Shown in pieces: positions 18,504 to 28,306 of a stretch of 64,000 bases of DNA; position 1 is the first letter of the stretch; each line of letters begins with the position of its first letter. Made by a program: the position numbers and the translations under genes. This DNA comes from an uncultured virus (IMG/VR IMGVR_UViG_3300031993_000054) (Duplodnaviria; Heunggongvirae; Uroviricota; Caudoviricetes). Where the stretch lies: the IMG/VR virus record IMGVR_UViG_3300031993_000054. One strand, 5' to 3'. Below the pieces are notes generated by a model that was not told the origin of the DNA, ran no database searches, and worked only from the letters and a program-made list of their open reading frames with translations.

Positions 18504-20103
18504 ATCTGCAACGATTAACGGTCAGAAGTGTGCCCATGTTATTGCCTGCGTAAATCATGATCCGCACGCAATAGCATCCCACCTTGCAAATCATCCAGAG
18601 GCGAAGCATTACACCGAGGATATCCGAACTCTTGATCTATCAACGCTCATTGAGCATACGGCGAAAAAACGATCCGAGAATCCTGGATCTCTTTTGGTAT
18701 TATGGGCGTCTTTGGAATGTACGAATTTCAGTAGAGCAAAGGGAGGGCAGCCAAGAGACGCAGACAGCAGGACCCTTGCTGAGCATCTTTTCCGGTATAT
18801 TGATGCTCTCAATCCGGAGTATATCCAAATTGAGAACGTCCGCGAATTTATGATGTGGGGAGACCTTGACGAGAACGGGAGACCTATCAGCAAAGACGCA
18901 GGCCGATTATATCTTCAATGGGTTAACAACGTCTGCAAGCGAGGATATGACTTCCAGTACAGAATCCTCAATTCGGCGGACTATGGAGCATACACATCCC
19001 GTGAGAGATTCTTTGGGATTTTTGCAAGAAAGGGTCTCCCAATCGTATTCCCGGAGCCAACACACAGCAAAACCGCAGGCAATGACTTGTTCGGCGGAGT
19101 TGATTCATGGAAACCGGTCCGCGATGTGCTGGACCTCGAAGATTGCGGCAATAGCATCTTTCGCGAAAAACCTCTTTCAGAAAAGACACTCCAGCGCATT
19201 TATGCCGGTCTGGTAAAGTTTGTTGCCGGTGGAAAAGAGGCGTTTCTTGTGCGATATAACAGCGCAAGACCCCAGGACACCATAAGGACGCTTGACAAGC
19301 CATGTGGCGTGCTGACAACGGCCAATAGATTTGCTCTAACTAAAGTTCAATTCCTCTCAAAACAGTTTTCTGGAGATCCTGGAGGAAAGAACATTCCTCT
19401 TGATAGTGTCGCCGGCACAATCACATGCAGAGATCACCACGCATTTATCACCGCCTACTACGGTAACGGCGGCAATACGCCAATCGACAAACCAGCTCCT
19501 ACTGTCACCACGAAGGACAGGCTCGCCTTTGTCAAGACGCAGTTCATAGACCAGCAGTACGGAACGGGCCGTCCGGCCTCCATCAACCGACCTGCTGGCA
19601 CAGTCACTACCAACCCGAAACTGAACCTGATTTCCGTCAAGCCCTGGATCATGGACACGAGTTTCGACAACGTGGGGAGTTCCATTGACGAGCCGTCCCG
19701 CGTCATCACCGCGAACCGCAAGTGGCACTATCTGGTGAATCCGCAGTTCGCCTCCGCCGGCGCATCCATCGAGAAGCCATGCTTTACGCTCATAGCCAGA
19801 ATGGATAAGCGTCCTCCGTATATTGTAACTGCCGAGACCGGTCCGGCCATTGCGGTGTATGATGATGATAGCCCAATGACTATCAAGATAAAAGAGTTCA
19901 TGGCCCTGTATGGAATCAGCGACATTTGTATGCGTATGCTAAAAATCCCGGAGTTGAAAAGGATAATGGGATTCCCTGACACATACGTTCTGGTCGGAAC
20001 GCAGACAGAGCAGAAGAAATATATCGGAAACGCCGTGGAGACACACGTGGCTTGTGCTCTTTGCGCGTCCCTTGCCAATGAAATTAACAGAATCGCATCT
20101 TAA
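18442..20103 (+). CDS. DNA (cytosine-5) methyltransferase
   Basis: DLFCGAGG (motif I), WASLECTNFS (IV), IENV (VI), RERFF (VIII), IGNAV (X). Confidence 0.92.
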   Translation: MKKLLYIDLFCGAGGTSTGVESATINGQKCAHVIACVNHDPHAIASHLANHPEAKHYTEDIRTLDLSTLIEHTAKKRSENPGSLLVLWASLECTNFSRAKGGQPRDADSRTLAEHLFRYIDALNPEYIQIENVREFMMWGDLDENGRPISKDAGRLYLQWVNNVCKRGYDFQYRILNSADYGAYTSRERFFGIFARKGLPIVFPEPTHSKTAGNDLFGGVDSWKPVRDVLDLEDCGNSIFREKPLSEKTLQRIYAGLVKFVAGGKEAFLVRYNSARPQDTIRTLDKPCGVLTTANRFALTKVQFLSKQFSGDPGGKNIPLDSVAGTITCRDHHAFITAYYGNGGNTPIDKPAPTVTTKDRLAFVKTQFIDQQYGTGRPASINRPAGTVTTNPKLNLISVKPWIMDTSFDNVGSSIDEPSRVITANRKWHYLVNPQFASAGASIEKPCFTLIARMDKRPPYIVTAETGPAIAVYDDDSPMTIKIKEFMALYGISDICMRMLKIPELKRIMGFPDTYVLVGTQTEQKKYIGNAVETHVACALCASLANEINRIAS

Positions 20104-20115
20104 AGGACAAAAGAA

Positions 20116-20352
20116 ATGAAAAATGTAAAATTTGATGGCTGCAACGTCGTCTATGGCGAAGGACAGCCGGAATACGTCCCGCTTCACGCCCAGAAGATCG
20201 GCAACGTATCAATCACCTGCTACCGCTTATCGCTCAAGGAGCGTTTCAAGATTCTCTTTACCGGCCTGCTGTGGCTGGGTCAAATGAACTTCGGGCAGCC
20301 CTTGCAGCCGCAACTGCCGTCCCTCAACAAAGAAGACCTAATTCAGAATTGA
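20116..20352 (+). CDS. hypothetical protein
   Basis: 78-aa ORF. Confidence 0.6.
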   Translation: MKNVKFDGCNVVYGEGQPEYVPLHAQKIGNVSITCYRLSLKERFKILFTGLLWLGQMNFGQPLQPQLPSLNKEDLIQN

Positions 20353-20465
20353 CATGAACATCAAGACCAAAAAGAACGGCGAATGGGAGATTCGTCCGAG
20401 CCGTGGCATGACCCTGATTGTGGAAACCGACCTTGGGAAGGTCAAAATCAAGGAGGTAAAGGAAG

Positions 20466-20654
20466 ATGGCACTGATAACCTTAAATAAGCCTGGCCGCTA
20501 CGGCGGCACCTTCGTGATCAACACGGATGACATCTCGTCCATGTACATGGATCGTGGTTTCAGTTATTGTGACTACATCCTGTCAATGAAGAACGGAGAC
20601 AAGCACATCATTGACCACGAGTCGTACAACAAAATCAGGAACATGACAGAATGA
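20466..20654 (+). CDS. hypothetical protein
   Basis: 62-aa ORF. Confidence 0.55.
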   Translation: MALITLNKPGRYGGTFVINTDDISSMYMDRGFSYCDYILSMKNGDKHIIDHESYNKIRNMTE

Positions 20655-20669
20655 CGATAACCAGGCCCG

Positions 20670-20685
20670 TGGCACTGGATTTGCT
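20670..20685 (+). promoter_or_regulatory. sigma54-type -24/-12 promoter
   Basis: TGGCAC-TGGAT-TTGCT, 19 bp upstream of ATG 20705. Confidence 0.6.
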
Positions 20686-20704
20686 TCATGAAACACGAAT
20701 AGAT

Positions 20705-20983
20705 ATGGAACTCGGCTCAACAATCAAGCGCCTCAGGAAGGAGCGGAAACTGACCGCGAAGGAGGTGGCCCGCAGGTCCAGTATCTCGGCAAACGCTCTG
20801 TGCGCGATAGAGCGTAACATGTCCTTCCCTACGCAGAAGACCTTCTTTGCCATCTGTGAGGCCATCGGGGTCCCGTACTACCTGGTTCTCATAGAGTGTG
20901 TGACTATTGACGATATACCGCCGGAGAAGCGAGAGGCTTTCAATATCATCTGGCCTCCGATAATGAACTACCTGAAATCATGA
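20705..20983 (+). CDS. XRE-family HTH transcriptional regulator
   Basis: MELGSTIKRLRKERKLTAKEVARRSSISANALCAIE. Confidence 0.85.
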   Translation: MELGSTIKRLRKERKLTAKEVARRSSISANALCAIERNMSFPTQKTFFAICEAIGVPYYLVLIECVTIDDIPPEKREAFNIIWPPIMNYLKS

Positions 20984-21342
20984 CTATCATAATTTACATA
21001 GCAATATCACTTTTCAACGTGTTCCTGCATATTGTACGGAGCATCTTGGTAATCAAGTCTGGCAAACTGCTGGCATCTGTCGCGAACTGCATCTGTTATA
21101 CCTTCTCTGCTGTCGTGGTGAAGTTCATCGCCGAGACAGACCTGTGGATAGCCATCGCGGTCCAGGCAACGACGAATTTCGTTGGCTGCTACCTGGCGAT
21201 GTGGTTCTGCGAATGGTGGCTTGGTCGGAAGAAAAAGTACAAGCGGTACGTGAGCGACGAATCCCTGGACGCTTTGAAGGTTAGGGAGTATATGAGCGTA
21301 CCTGAAATTTGTGACATTATCAGAAAAATAAACTTTGAATAA
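20980..21342 (+). CDS. membrane protein
   Basis: Three hydrophobic segments. Confidence 0.65.
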   Translation: MTIIIYIAISLFNVFLHIVRSILVIKSGKLLASVANCICYTFSAVVVKFIAETDLWIAIAVQATTNFVGCYLAMWFCEWWLGRKKKYKRYVSDESLDALKVREYMSVPEICDIIRKINFE

Positions 21343-21667
21343 CATGGAACGTATTACAGACATTAAGCAGTTGAAGCCGGGAGACAAGATCTGGCACATC
21401 AACAAATTTAACGGAAATGCGGACGTCCTGGAGTTTGTCTGCATCCATCCCCACAATGAGGCATACTCCATTTTCCTGGACATCAACTACGATGGTATGC
21501 CGAAGTTCTACAACGACCGCATCAAGGAGGAGGAATACTTCCTCTACGACGGGACCAACAAGTGCTGGGAGAGTATGCACCTTGCGGAGCAGAACTGGTA
21601 CAAGCGGCACATCCAATATCTTGAGGAGCGCCTGGAGAAACTCAGAGAAAAAATGAAGGAGCAATGA
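21335..21667 (+). CDS. hypothetical protein
   Basis: 110-aa ORF. Confidence 0.6.
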   Translation: MNNMERITDIKQLKPGDKIWHINKFNGNADVLEFVCIHPHNEAYSIFLDINYDGMPKFYNDRIKEEEYFLYDGTNKCWESMHLAEQNWYKRHIQYLEERLEKLREKMKEQ

Positions 21668-22128
21668 AAGACTTTTTTTGGCTGTTTTTAGCGGCCTTTA
21701 CCGCATCGGTGGTAACAATGGCCGTTGACAGGGCGATAGTCCCACAGATAGAGCCGGAGGAGGCAAAGCCGGCTGTTTGCGATACCTTGTCGGATTGGCA
21801 GATGTTCGAGATGGCCGTAATCTTCACGGAGAGCAAGGGAAACCCGGATGCCGTCGGTAAGGACGGTGACTGGGGCGTGATGCAGATCCGCGACATCTAT
21901 GTGAGGGAGGCTAACCGTTTGGCCGGCACAGAGTACGTACATGAGGACGCCTTTGATATCCAGAAATCCCTGGAGATGTTCAACATCATCAATCCGGAGC
22001 AGGACATGGAGAAGGCGTTGAAGCGGCACAACCCTGGCAGTAAGGGATACGCCTACCGTCAGAACTACGAGATGATCAAACGAATGGAGAAGGTACGATG
22101 GATAATCATAAACTCGAACAAACCATAG
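21664..22128 (+). CDS. lytic transglycosylase (SLT-like) with N-terminal membrane anchor
   Basis: TESKGNPDAVG...GVMQI motifs; hydrophobic N-terminus. Confidence 0.75.
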   Translation: MKDFFWLFLAAFTASVVTMAVDRAIVPQIEPEEAKPAVCDTLSDWQMFEMAVIFTESKGNPDAVGKDGDWGVMQIRDIYVREANRLAGTEYVHEDAFDIQKSLEMFNIINPEQDMEKALKRHNPGSKGYAYRQNYEMIKRMEKVRWIIINSNKP

Positions 22129-22418
22129 AGAATATCTCCGAGGAGATGGCACAGGCCCTCATTGACGCCTTCGAGAAGAACATTGAGGCGACGCAGGAAT
22201 TACATGAGAAAGTCACCGAGTTCCTGTGGGCTGCTGCTGAAAACGCGGTGCTGTGTGCTGCCGAAGCCTACGCGAAAGCAACTTTACGCTACACCAAGGC
22301 AACGTTCCTGACCAGATGGTACAAGAAGCGTAAGATGGAGAAAGCGGAAGCGTCGCTGAATGAGGCCATCGAGTTTTACAATAAGTGGCACGATTCTTGC
22401 AAAGAGGAGAAAGCATGA
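22098..22418 (+). CDS. hypothetical protein
   Basis: 106-aa ORF. Confidence 0.55.
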   Translation: MDNHKLEQTIENISEEMAQALIDAFEKNIEATQELHEKVTEFLWAAAENAVLCAAEAYAKATLRYTKATFLTRWYKKRKMEKAEASLNEAIEFYNKWHDSCKEEKA

Positions 22419-23098
22419 AAATTACAGTAATCATACCATGCTACAACATGGAGGCATACATCGAGCGGGCCATCAAGAGTGTGCTCGACCAGACCTTCCA
22501 GAACTGGCAACTGATAGTCGTTGATGACGGGTCCACGGACAACTCCTGGAGCATCATCAACAAGACGCTCGGCCACAGCAGCCGCGTCCTCGGCATCCGC
22601 ACCGACAATCATGGTGTGGCGGCCGCCCGCAACCTTGCAATCGAAAGGGCCGAAGGAGAATGGATCCTTCCGCTCGACGCAGATGACTGGCTCCGGCCGG
22701 ACGCCCTCTATCAGTTCGCCGTAACTATCTGGAGCAACAAAAACGCGGACCTCATCGTCCCGTGGGTGCACCACACCAGTTCCGACAAGGACTGGGTGAA
22801 TAAGCGGACGTACAAGGGGTATGAGTCCTTGAAGGTCCAGAACTGCCTTCCGAATAGCTGCTGCTACCGCAGGATGGGCTGGTTTCTGGCCGGCGGATAT
22901 CGCGACGGAACCATGTACGAGGACTGGGAGTTCTGGCTGCGGCTGCTGAAACCGGACAGTAAGGTGGTAAGCCTTCCGATTCCGGTGATTGAATACACAG
23001 TGCGCCCTGGGAGCCGCGTGAAGGTGGCCGAGAAGAGGCACCGCGAAGAGGTGGAGATTATCAAGAAACTAAACCCGGAAATCTATGGCAACGCTTGA
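22415..23098 (+). CDS. glycosyltransferase family 2
   Basis: ITVIIPCYN, VVDDGSTD, AARN, LDADD, EDWEFWLR. Confidence 0.93.
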   Translation: MKITVIIPCYNMEAYIERAIKSVLDQTFQNWQLIVVDDGSTDNSWSIINKTLGHSSRVLGIRTDNHGVAAARNLAIERAEGEWILPLDADDWLRPDALYQFAVTIWSNKNADLIVPWVHHTSSDKDWVNKRTYKGYESLKVQNCLPNSCCYRRMGWFLAGGYRDGTMYEDWEFWLRLLKPDSKVVSLPIPVIEYTVRPGSRVKVAEKRHREEVEIIKKLNPEIYGNA

Positions 23099-23459
23099 CC
23101 ACATCAAGGCGCTCTTTACGCCGGAGAAGTTGAAGAAATTCGTTGACGAGAACGTGGCCTGGATGTACGAAGAGACCGAGCCTGCGGACGTAATCTCAGA
23201 GTCCTTTCAGAACATGTTCGAGAAGGAGATGAAATGGCTCGCTGCCTGCATTGACGAGACGTCCAGAAGGGCCATTGAGATGTACCAGAGGTCAGCCCGT
23301 CCGATTCTGTTTCTCAAGGGAGCAGAAAAAGCGCCAGAGATTCCGGCCGACCCGAACGTATTACTTCCCCTTGATCCTGGAGTAGATGCAAGGTTCTCGG
23401 AAGACATAGCACGCCTCACAGAAGAAATTTTCAAACAAACCCAAATACCAAAGTTATGA
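23085..23459 (+). CDS. hypothetical protein
   Basis: 124-aa ORF. Confidence 0.6.
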   Translation: MATLDHIKALFTPEKLKKFVDENVAWMYEETEPADVISESFQNMFEKEMKWLAACIDETSRRAIEMYQRSARPILFLKGAEKAPEIPADPNVLLPLDPGVDARFSEDIARLTEEIFKQTQIPKL

Positions 23460-24115
23460 GCAAAGAAAGACACAATTTCTTGAAGGAGTACAAACTATTC
23501 AAGGCTTGCGAGAAGGAAGACGCTCTGCGGCAGAACATGGAACGTGTGTACTTCCAGGGCGGAAACGCCTACGCAACCGACGCGCACATCATGGTGAAGG
23601 TTCCGCTCGCGTACTGCACCACGTTCGAGGACGAGGAGATCCAGGCCCTCAACGGCTTCTGCATCCACCACAAACTGCTCAAGATGCTGTATGACTTCGA
23701 TGTCGTCACTATCGAGCGCACTATGGCCGCCGAGGATGCCTATGGCAACCTCCTGGAGCAGGCAGAAGAGGTCGTGTACATCAAGGTCGTCTGGCAGGGC
23801 CAGCAGATCCGCTTCCGCCTGGAGCGTTCCGACAAGGAGTTCGTTCAGAACTTCGAGACCATTCTGGCCACCGAGACCGGCCACACTCCCATCAAGCAGA
23901 TCGGCATCAGCCCGTCAAGGTTGAAGCAGATTGCAGAGGCCATCAACATGGACCACATCAACATGGCGTTCACTACCGCCAAGGACAAGATTTTCATCCG
24001 CTCTACCAACGAGGAGGACCAGAAGGCCGGACCGATGGCCATCATCATGCCTATCGTGACGGATGCAACGCTGCCCGGAATGGACGGAGACGAGGAGGAA
24101 GAAGGCAATGAGTAA
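23456..24115 (+). CDS. hypothetical protein with beta-clamp (DnaN)-like motif
   Basis: DALRQNMERVYF...YATDAHIM and terminal AIIMPI. Confidence 0.5.
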   Translation: MSKERHNFLKEYKLFKACEKEDALRQNMERVYFQGGNAYATDAHIMVKVPLAYCTTFEDEEIQALNGFCIHHKLLKMLYDFDVVTIERTMAAEDAYGNLLEQAEEVVYIKVVWQGQQIRFRLERSDKEFVQNFETILATETGHTPIKQIGISPSRLKQIAEAINMDHINMAFTTAKDKIFIRSTNEEDQKAGPMAIIMPIVTDATLPGMDGDEEEEGNE

Positions 24116-24395
24116 CTTTCATAGCCTATTCATCACGTACCGTTATTCTGACGGTAAGGCTTTCTCCGGCGAAGGTTCGTTCTTTGCGAGAGTGAAGGAT
24201 GAAACCCTTCATTCGCTGAGCGAAAAGGCGAAGGAATATATGATGCAGGCGATTCCGGAAAATGTCCGCAAGGAGGATATTCACGGCCCGTTAATCACCG
24301 GCATCCAGGAGATGAGTGACGACTTGTTTTTCATGCTTAATCCACCTCAAGATGAGTCCAAAAACGGTAAGGCGCCTGAGGGCGCGGATAAGTGA
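24108..24395 (+). CDS. hypothetical protein
   Basis: MSNFHSLF... Confidence 0.55.
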   Translation: MSNFHSLFITYRYSDGKAFSGEGSFFARVKDETLHSLSEKAKEYMMQAIPENVRKEDIHGPLITGIQEMSDDLFFMLNPPQDESKNGKAPEGADK

Positions 24396-24609
24396 GCCTG
24401 GCTACTATGCCGACAGGTGCTATCAGATGATGGAGATTGCCGGAGACTGGAGCGCGGAAGCGCTCCTGTTCCGGTATGGTCCCCGGCTCAACGTACCGCA
24501 AAGCGAGCACACGAAGGTGTGGCATCGGTACAACATCAAATCTGAAATGTACAAGGCGCGTGCCAGGTGGTATGCGCTGCAAGCAGCAAGGGCGTATGGG
24601 AAAGATTAG
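24352..24609 (+). CDS. hypothetical protein
   Basis: MSPKTVRR... Confidence 0.45.
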   Translation: MSPKTVRRLRARISEPGYYADRCYQMMEIAGDWSAEALLFRYGPRLNVPQSEHTKVWHRYNIKSEMYKARARWYALQAARAYGKD

Positions 24610-24811
24610 CCAGTTCCTTTGCAAGATCTTCGGTCATCGTCCGGTCTCTGTCATAGAGTTCCGGACGAGGCCGCAGAAGCACGCACGCCTGCACCGCTGG
24701 GAGCACAACCCGAAGTGGAACGGAAAGTGGGTGAGAGGGTCGTATGTGAAGTGCGCCAGGTGCGGCAAGAAGATGAGTAATTTCAGACGACACTACGATG
24801 GAGATAATTGA
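24596..24811 (+). CDS. small Cys/His-containing phage protein
   Basis: LCKIFGH...CARCG pattern. Confidence 0.6.
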   Translation: MGKISQFLCKIFGHRPVSVIEFRTRPQKHARLHRWEHNPKWNGKWVRGSYVKCARCGKKMSNFRRHYDGDN

Positions 24812-24906
24812 GTATCTATTCGGCAGTTTCTGGCGTTGGCTCGGGGCGGTGATAATGCTGCTCTGCGTATTCGGCACGCCTTTTGTAGTAGTAGAACATA
24901 ACCACT

Positions 24907-25236
24907 ATGACAAAGATGGGAAAGATGAAGATGGTCGATGAGGACCCGTTTAGCAACGGTACTGAGTACATGATCTGGGAGGAGCGCAACTGCGACAACT
25001 GCTGGAAGGCTTCCCGGTACAGGGGCGAGAGCATCGCCGGCCCGGAGTACACCAAATGCCGGTGCGCCATTCAGCGTGACATCTTCACCCGGATGGTCAC
25101 TGACAAGCAGCCTATCGCCCAGCGCACCATCGACATCTGCCGGACTGGAACATGCCCGTACCGCCAGGAGAAGCAAAAGAAGTACGACCGTCACAAGAAG
25201 ACTGTTGCAACCATACCAAACCTATTTGAGCAGTGA
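24907..25236 (+). CDS. hypothetical Cys-rich protein
   Basis: PFSNGTEY...NCDNC. Confidence 0.65.
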   Translation: MTKMGKMKMVDEDPFSNGTEYMIWEERNCDNCWKASRYRGESIAGPEYTKCRCAIQRDIFTRMVTDKQPIAQRTIDICRTGTCPYRQEKQKKYDRHKKTVATIPNLFEQ

Positions 25237-25283
25237 TTGCGATAGACTTCTGCAAGGAAATTTTCTAACCGATTCAGGAAATA

Positions 25284-25700
25284 ATGGCAACTAATGTGAA
25301 AAAAACGGCGAAAGAGCGCCTGGAGCGCCCTACGCACAAATTCCTTGTGAACATCAACGGATATCCGGTTCTGATAGCAGCCCACAAGACCGATAAGGAC
25401 ATTGTTAGCGGCGCATTTCTGGCCGAAGAGAAGAAGTTTGATGGCAAGGAAATCTCGCTTTCACTTTCTCCAATTCCGGAGGACAAGGAGTACCGAGATG
25501 TTCGATCTGCGGCCTGCATGATGGTCAACGGCCTTGTTGACAGCATCAAAGACCAGAATGTTCTGAGGGATACGCATCGTACCATCATCGAAATGATTGA
25601 CAATTACATGAGCCGTCCAGCCTCTGACAAGATTGACCTCATCAACAACATCCGTGTCAAGTGCAAGGATGCGCTCGAATACGTAAAATACTTCATCTGA
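25284..25700 (+). CDS. hypothetical protein
   Basis: 138-aa ORF. Confidence 0.6.
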   Translation: MATNVKKTAKERLERPTHKFLVNINGYPVLIAAHKTDKDIVSGAFLAEEKKFDGKEISLSLSPIPEDKEYRDVRSAACMMVNGLVDSIKDQNVLRDTHRTIIEMIDNYMSRPASDKIDLINNIRVKCKDALEYVKYFI

Positions 25701-26020
25701 TGGAAAAACTTGGACCAGGTAAATACCAGATCGCGGAAGGGTGCCGTGGCATCCTCATCAAGGGCGTCCTTACCGTCCAGCCGAAGAAGAACCGTGGAAT
25801 CCAGTCTGACGACTACCGGTGCCGCGACTGTCTGAATCGTGCTACTGGCTACTGCAACAATAGCCAGTACCACACAACGATGGTCTGCAAGAAGCGCCCG
25901 AAGCCTGGTGGGAGATTCGGCCGCGAACTCTTCTACCACGCACCAAGGCTCCGGAAGGCTTGCTCCGACTTTGAGTTTGACGAGAGCGCTAAGGAGTCCA
26001 AATACTATGACGAACAATGA
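25700..26020 (+). CDS. hypothetical Cys-containing protein
   Basis: MEKLGPG...CRDC; TGATG overlap. Confidence 0.6.
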   Translation: MEKLGPGKYQIAEGCRGILIKGVLTVQPKKNRGIQSDDYRCRDCLNRATGYCNNSQYHTTMVCKKRPKPGGRFGRELFYHAPRLRKACSDFEFDESAKESKYYDEQ

Positions 26021-26211
26021 TTGAGCCGATAGAAGCAACCGTGGCCGGATGGTCTCAGGACATGCCGGATACGCCGTACAATCGCCAGCGCATTGCCGAG
26101 GGTATCATGCAGGACATCGTGGCCGCACACTACACGGACATGCGCGAGGCGATTCGGCGTGCCGCGTTGCTTGGAATGGCATACCATGATTTGAAGGCGA
26201 AGTATTTGTAG
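26017..26211 (+). CDS. hypothetical protein
   Basis: 64-aa ORF, ATGA overlap. Confidence 0.55.
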   Translation: MIEPIEATVAGWSQDMPDTPYNRQRIAEGIMQDIVAAHYTDMREAIRRAALLGMAYHDLKAKYL

Positions 26212-26235
26212 ATTAACTGAAAGTTAGTATATTTG
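26205..26235 (+). promoter_or_regulatory. Bacteroidota housekeeping-sigma promoter (-33/-7)
   Basis: TTTG-N19-TATATTTG. Confidence 0.7.
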
Positions 26236-26239
26236 TGCG

Positions 26240-26671
26240 ATGGAACCTACCGAGCAACAAAAGAAGGAACTGGACATAGCGGGCCTCGAAATCAATACCT
26301 GCTACCTCATGACGCAGGCCATTGACACCATCCTGCGGGACTGCGAGCGCCGGCACGCCAACCTCGGGATGCCGCTCAAGCACGAGGTGAAGCAGAAGTT
26401 CAACCGATGGGCCGAGGCCGTCAAGAAAGCCTGCATCCTGTCGGAAGACCTCTGCCAGGATATCTACAAGCACGAGGAGAAACGGAACTACAAGGACGTC
26501 CAGATCTGGCAAGAGCAGTGGAATGAGTGCGCCCGGTTCAACCTCATGCTGGCCGACATCAGCAGGTACGTGGACTACGTAAACGAAGTGTTCGGCCACC
26601 TCCGCTCCTTCAAGGGAGACGGAATCATCACCGAAGAAGTTCTCAAAAATTTTTATCTCAAGAAGTTATGA
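26240..26671 (+). CDS. hypothetical protein
   Basis: 143-aa ORF. Confidence 0.65.
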   Translation: MEPTEQQKKELDIAGLEINTCYLMTQAIDTILRDCERRHANLGMPLKHEVKQKFNRWAEAVKKACILSEDLCQDIYKHEEKRNYKDVQIWQEQWNECARFNLMLADISRYVDYVNEVFGHLRSFKGDGIITEEVLKNFYLKKL

Positions 26672-26964
26672 ATCAAGAACAAGTCAAATTGAAGAAGCCC
26701 GCGAAGGTGTTCGTGAAACTCCAGGGCGCCTACGAGGCGTCTGATTTCGTCGGCTCGGCTTACACCAAGCCTCAGGAAGGCATGGACAAGACAAATGCGG
26801 TCGAGTACCTGGCCAAAAGCGCCCTCATCCAGGCACTCCTGGTATGGAAGCCCAAGTTCGCAGCCCAGGCCGCAAGGAAAGATGCTACGGGCACTTCCAA
26901 ACTGGTCGCCAGAAAGCAGGAAGCCCTCCTCGACAAAATCATCCAACAGATAGGAGGGATGTAG
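26668..26964 (+). CDS. hypothetical protein
   Basis: MNQEQVKL...; ATGA overlap. Confidence 0.6.
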   Translation: MNQEQVKLKKPAKVFVKLQGAYEASDFVGSAYTKPQEGMDKTNAVEYLAKSALIQALLVWKPKFAAQAARKDATGTSKLVARKQEALLDKIIQQIGGM

Positions 26965-26966
26965 CC

Positions 26967-27452
26967 ATGTACGCGAAACTCAAGAAAGGAGACGTCGTTT
27001 GGCTCAAGGCCCTCAATACGGCCGGCACTGTCATGGAGTTCGACCGCAAGGAGAATGGCCGTGAGTTCTACAACGTCAGGGTGGCCACCATCGGCAACGA
27101 CGGGAAGCCCATGATCGCCGACATCAACGTCGAGAAGGCTTCGCTCTGCGACGTCCCGGAAGAGGCCGTCGTAGGCGCCAAGACCAGGGAGCGCTTCTGG
27201 GTCGAGAACTTCGGCCCCAGGTTCGCCGAGTTCCTGCACAGCGCAAACAAGTCCATCAAGTCCTTCGAGGAGAAGGACGGAGCCACTCCGCCGGACTACC
27301 GTGAGGAAGAGATGCTGGCGGCCGCCAACATCTTCCTGCACGTTCTCTGGTCTCTGGTAGAGGTTACTGCGAGCCGAAATGAAGTAGAAGGCGCCATCCG
27401 TGACCTCGTGGCCAAGTACACCCTTCTGGACTTAATCAAGGACGGAGAATGA
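26967..27452 (+). CDS. hypothetical protein
   Basis: MYAKLKKGDVVW... Confidence 0.65.
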   Translation: MYAKLKKGDVVWLKALNTAGTVMEFDRKENGREFYNVRVATIGNDGKPMIADINVEKASLCDVPEEAVVGAKTRERFWVENFGPRFAEFLHSANKSIKSFEEKDGATPPDYREEEMLAAANIFLHVLWSLVEVTASRNEVEGAIRDLVAKYTLLDLIKDGE

Positions 27453-27862
27453 AGCCGGCCGAGTTGCAGATAGACGACCTCATCCTGGGTCCGTTCTACG
27501 GCCTCATGGTCCCGTCCAAGGTGGTCAGCATCACCAAGGACCGGATCATGTACGAGCCTCTGCACCCCGGGCCTCACCGGCCGGGGCCGTATGTGAGCAA
27601 CGGCGAGAACCTGGCGCCCATCAAGATGGACTTGCAGATGTTCATTGACAGCCACTGGAACACGTGCCTTGAAGACAAGGTTTGGTACGCAACAGCGCCC
27701 ATCCCTGGCACGGACCCTCAGATAACCGTGCGGTGGTATCAGCAGTTCCAGTGCGTAGCGTTCGCCGAACTCCAGTACAACCTCCCCGTTCCCATCACGG
27801 CGCTGCATGAGTTCCAACACATCCTGCGGATCCTGGGCGTTCCAAGCGACTTTAACCTGTAA
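27449..27862 (+). CDS. hypothetical protein
   Basis: 137-aa ORF ending LHEFQHILRILG. Confidence 0.65.
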   Translation: MKPAELQIDDLILGPFYGLMVPSKVVSITKDRIMYEPLHPGPHRPGPYVSNGENLAPIKMDLQMFIDSHWNTCLEDKVWYATAPIPGTDPQITVRWYQQFQCVAFAELQYNLPVPITALHEFQHILRILGVPSDFNL

Positions 27863-27867
27863 TAGAT

Positions 27868-28092
27868 ATGAATCTCGGAAAAGTATTCAAGAAGACACGC
27901 GAGGCCCGTGGCGAGACGCAGCGGGCTTTCGCTGCGAAGTTAGGGCTGACGCCGGCCGCGCTCTGGAAGATTGAGTCCGGGCGCAACTGGCCGAAGCAGG
28001 CAACCATCAACCGCTTCCAGGAGGAGGCCGGCATGTGCACGGCCCAACTGTACGTGGAGGCATTAGAACGGGAGGATTATGGAAGCCGTTAA
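27868..28092 (+). CDS. XRE-family HTH protein
   Basis: REARGETQRAFAAKLGLTPAALWKIESG. Confidence 0.85.
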   Translation: MNLGKVFKKTREARGETQRAFAAKLGLTPAALWKIESGRNWPKQATINRFQEEAGMCTAQLYVEALEREDYGSR

Positions 28093-28306
28093 TCATCCTC
28101 AGCACTACAATAAATACTCGGTCGAAACGATCGAGATGATGCGTCGTATCTGGGGCGACGAGGCTACCGCACTCTGGTGCGAGATGACAGCCTTCAAGTA
28201 CCGGATGCGCATGGGAGAAAAGGACGGAAACCCGCTGGAGCAGGACATCCAAAAGGAAGCCTGGTATCTGGCCAAAGCGAAGGAACTATGCCCACAGTCA
28301 AAGTAA
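28079..28306 (+). CDS. DUF3310-like protein
   Basis: VNHPQHY...ETIE...KYRMR..EK....QDIQKEAWYL. Confidence 0.8.
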   Translation: MEAVNHPQHYNKYSVETIEMMRRIWGDEATALWCEMTAFKYRMRMGEKDGNPLEQDIQKEAWYLAKAKELCPQSK

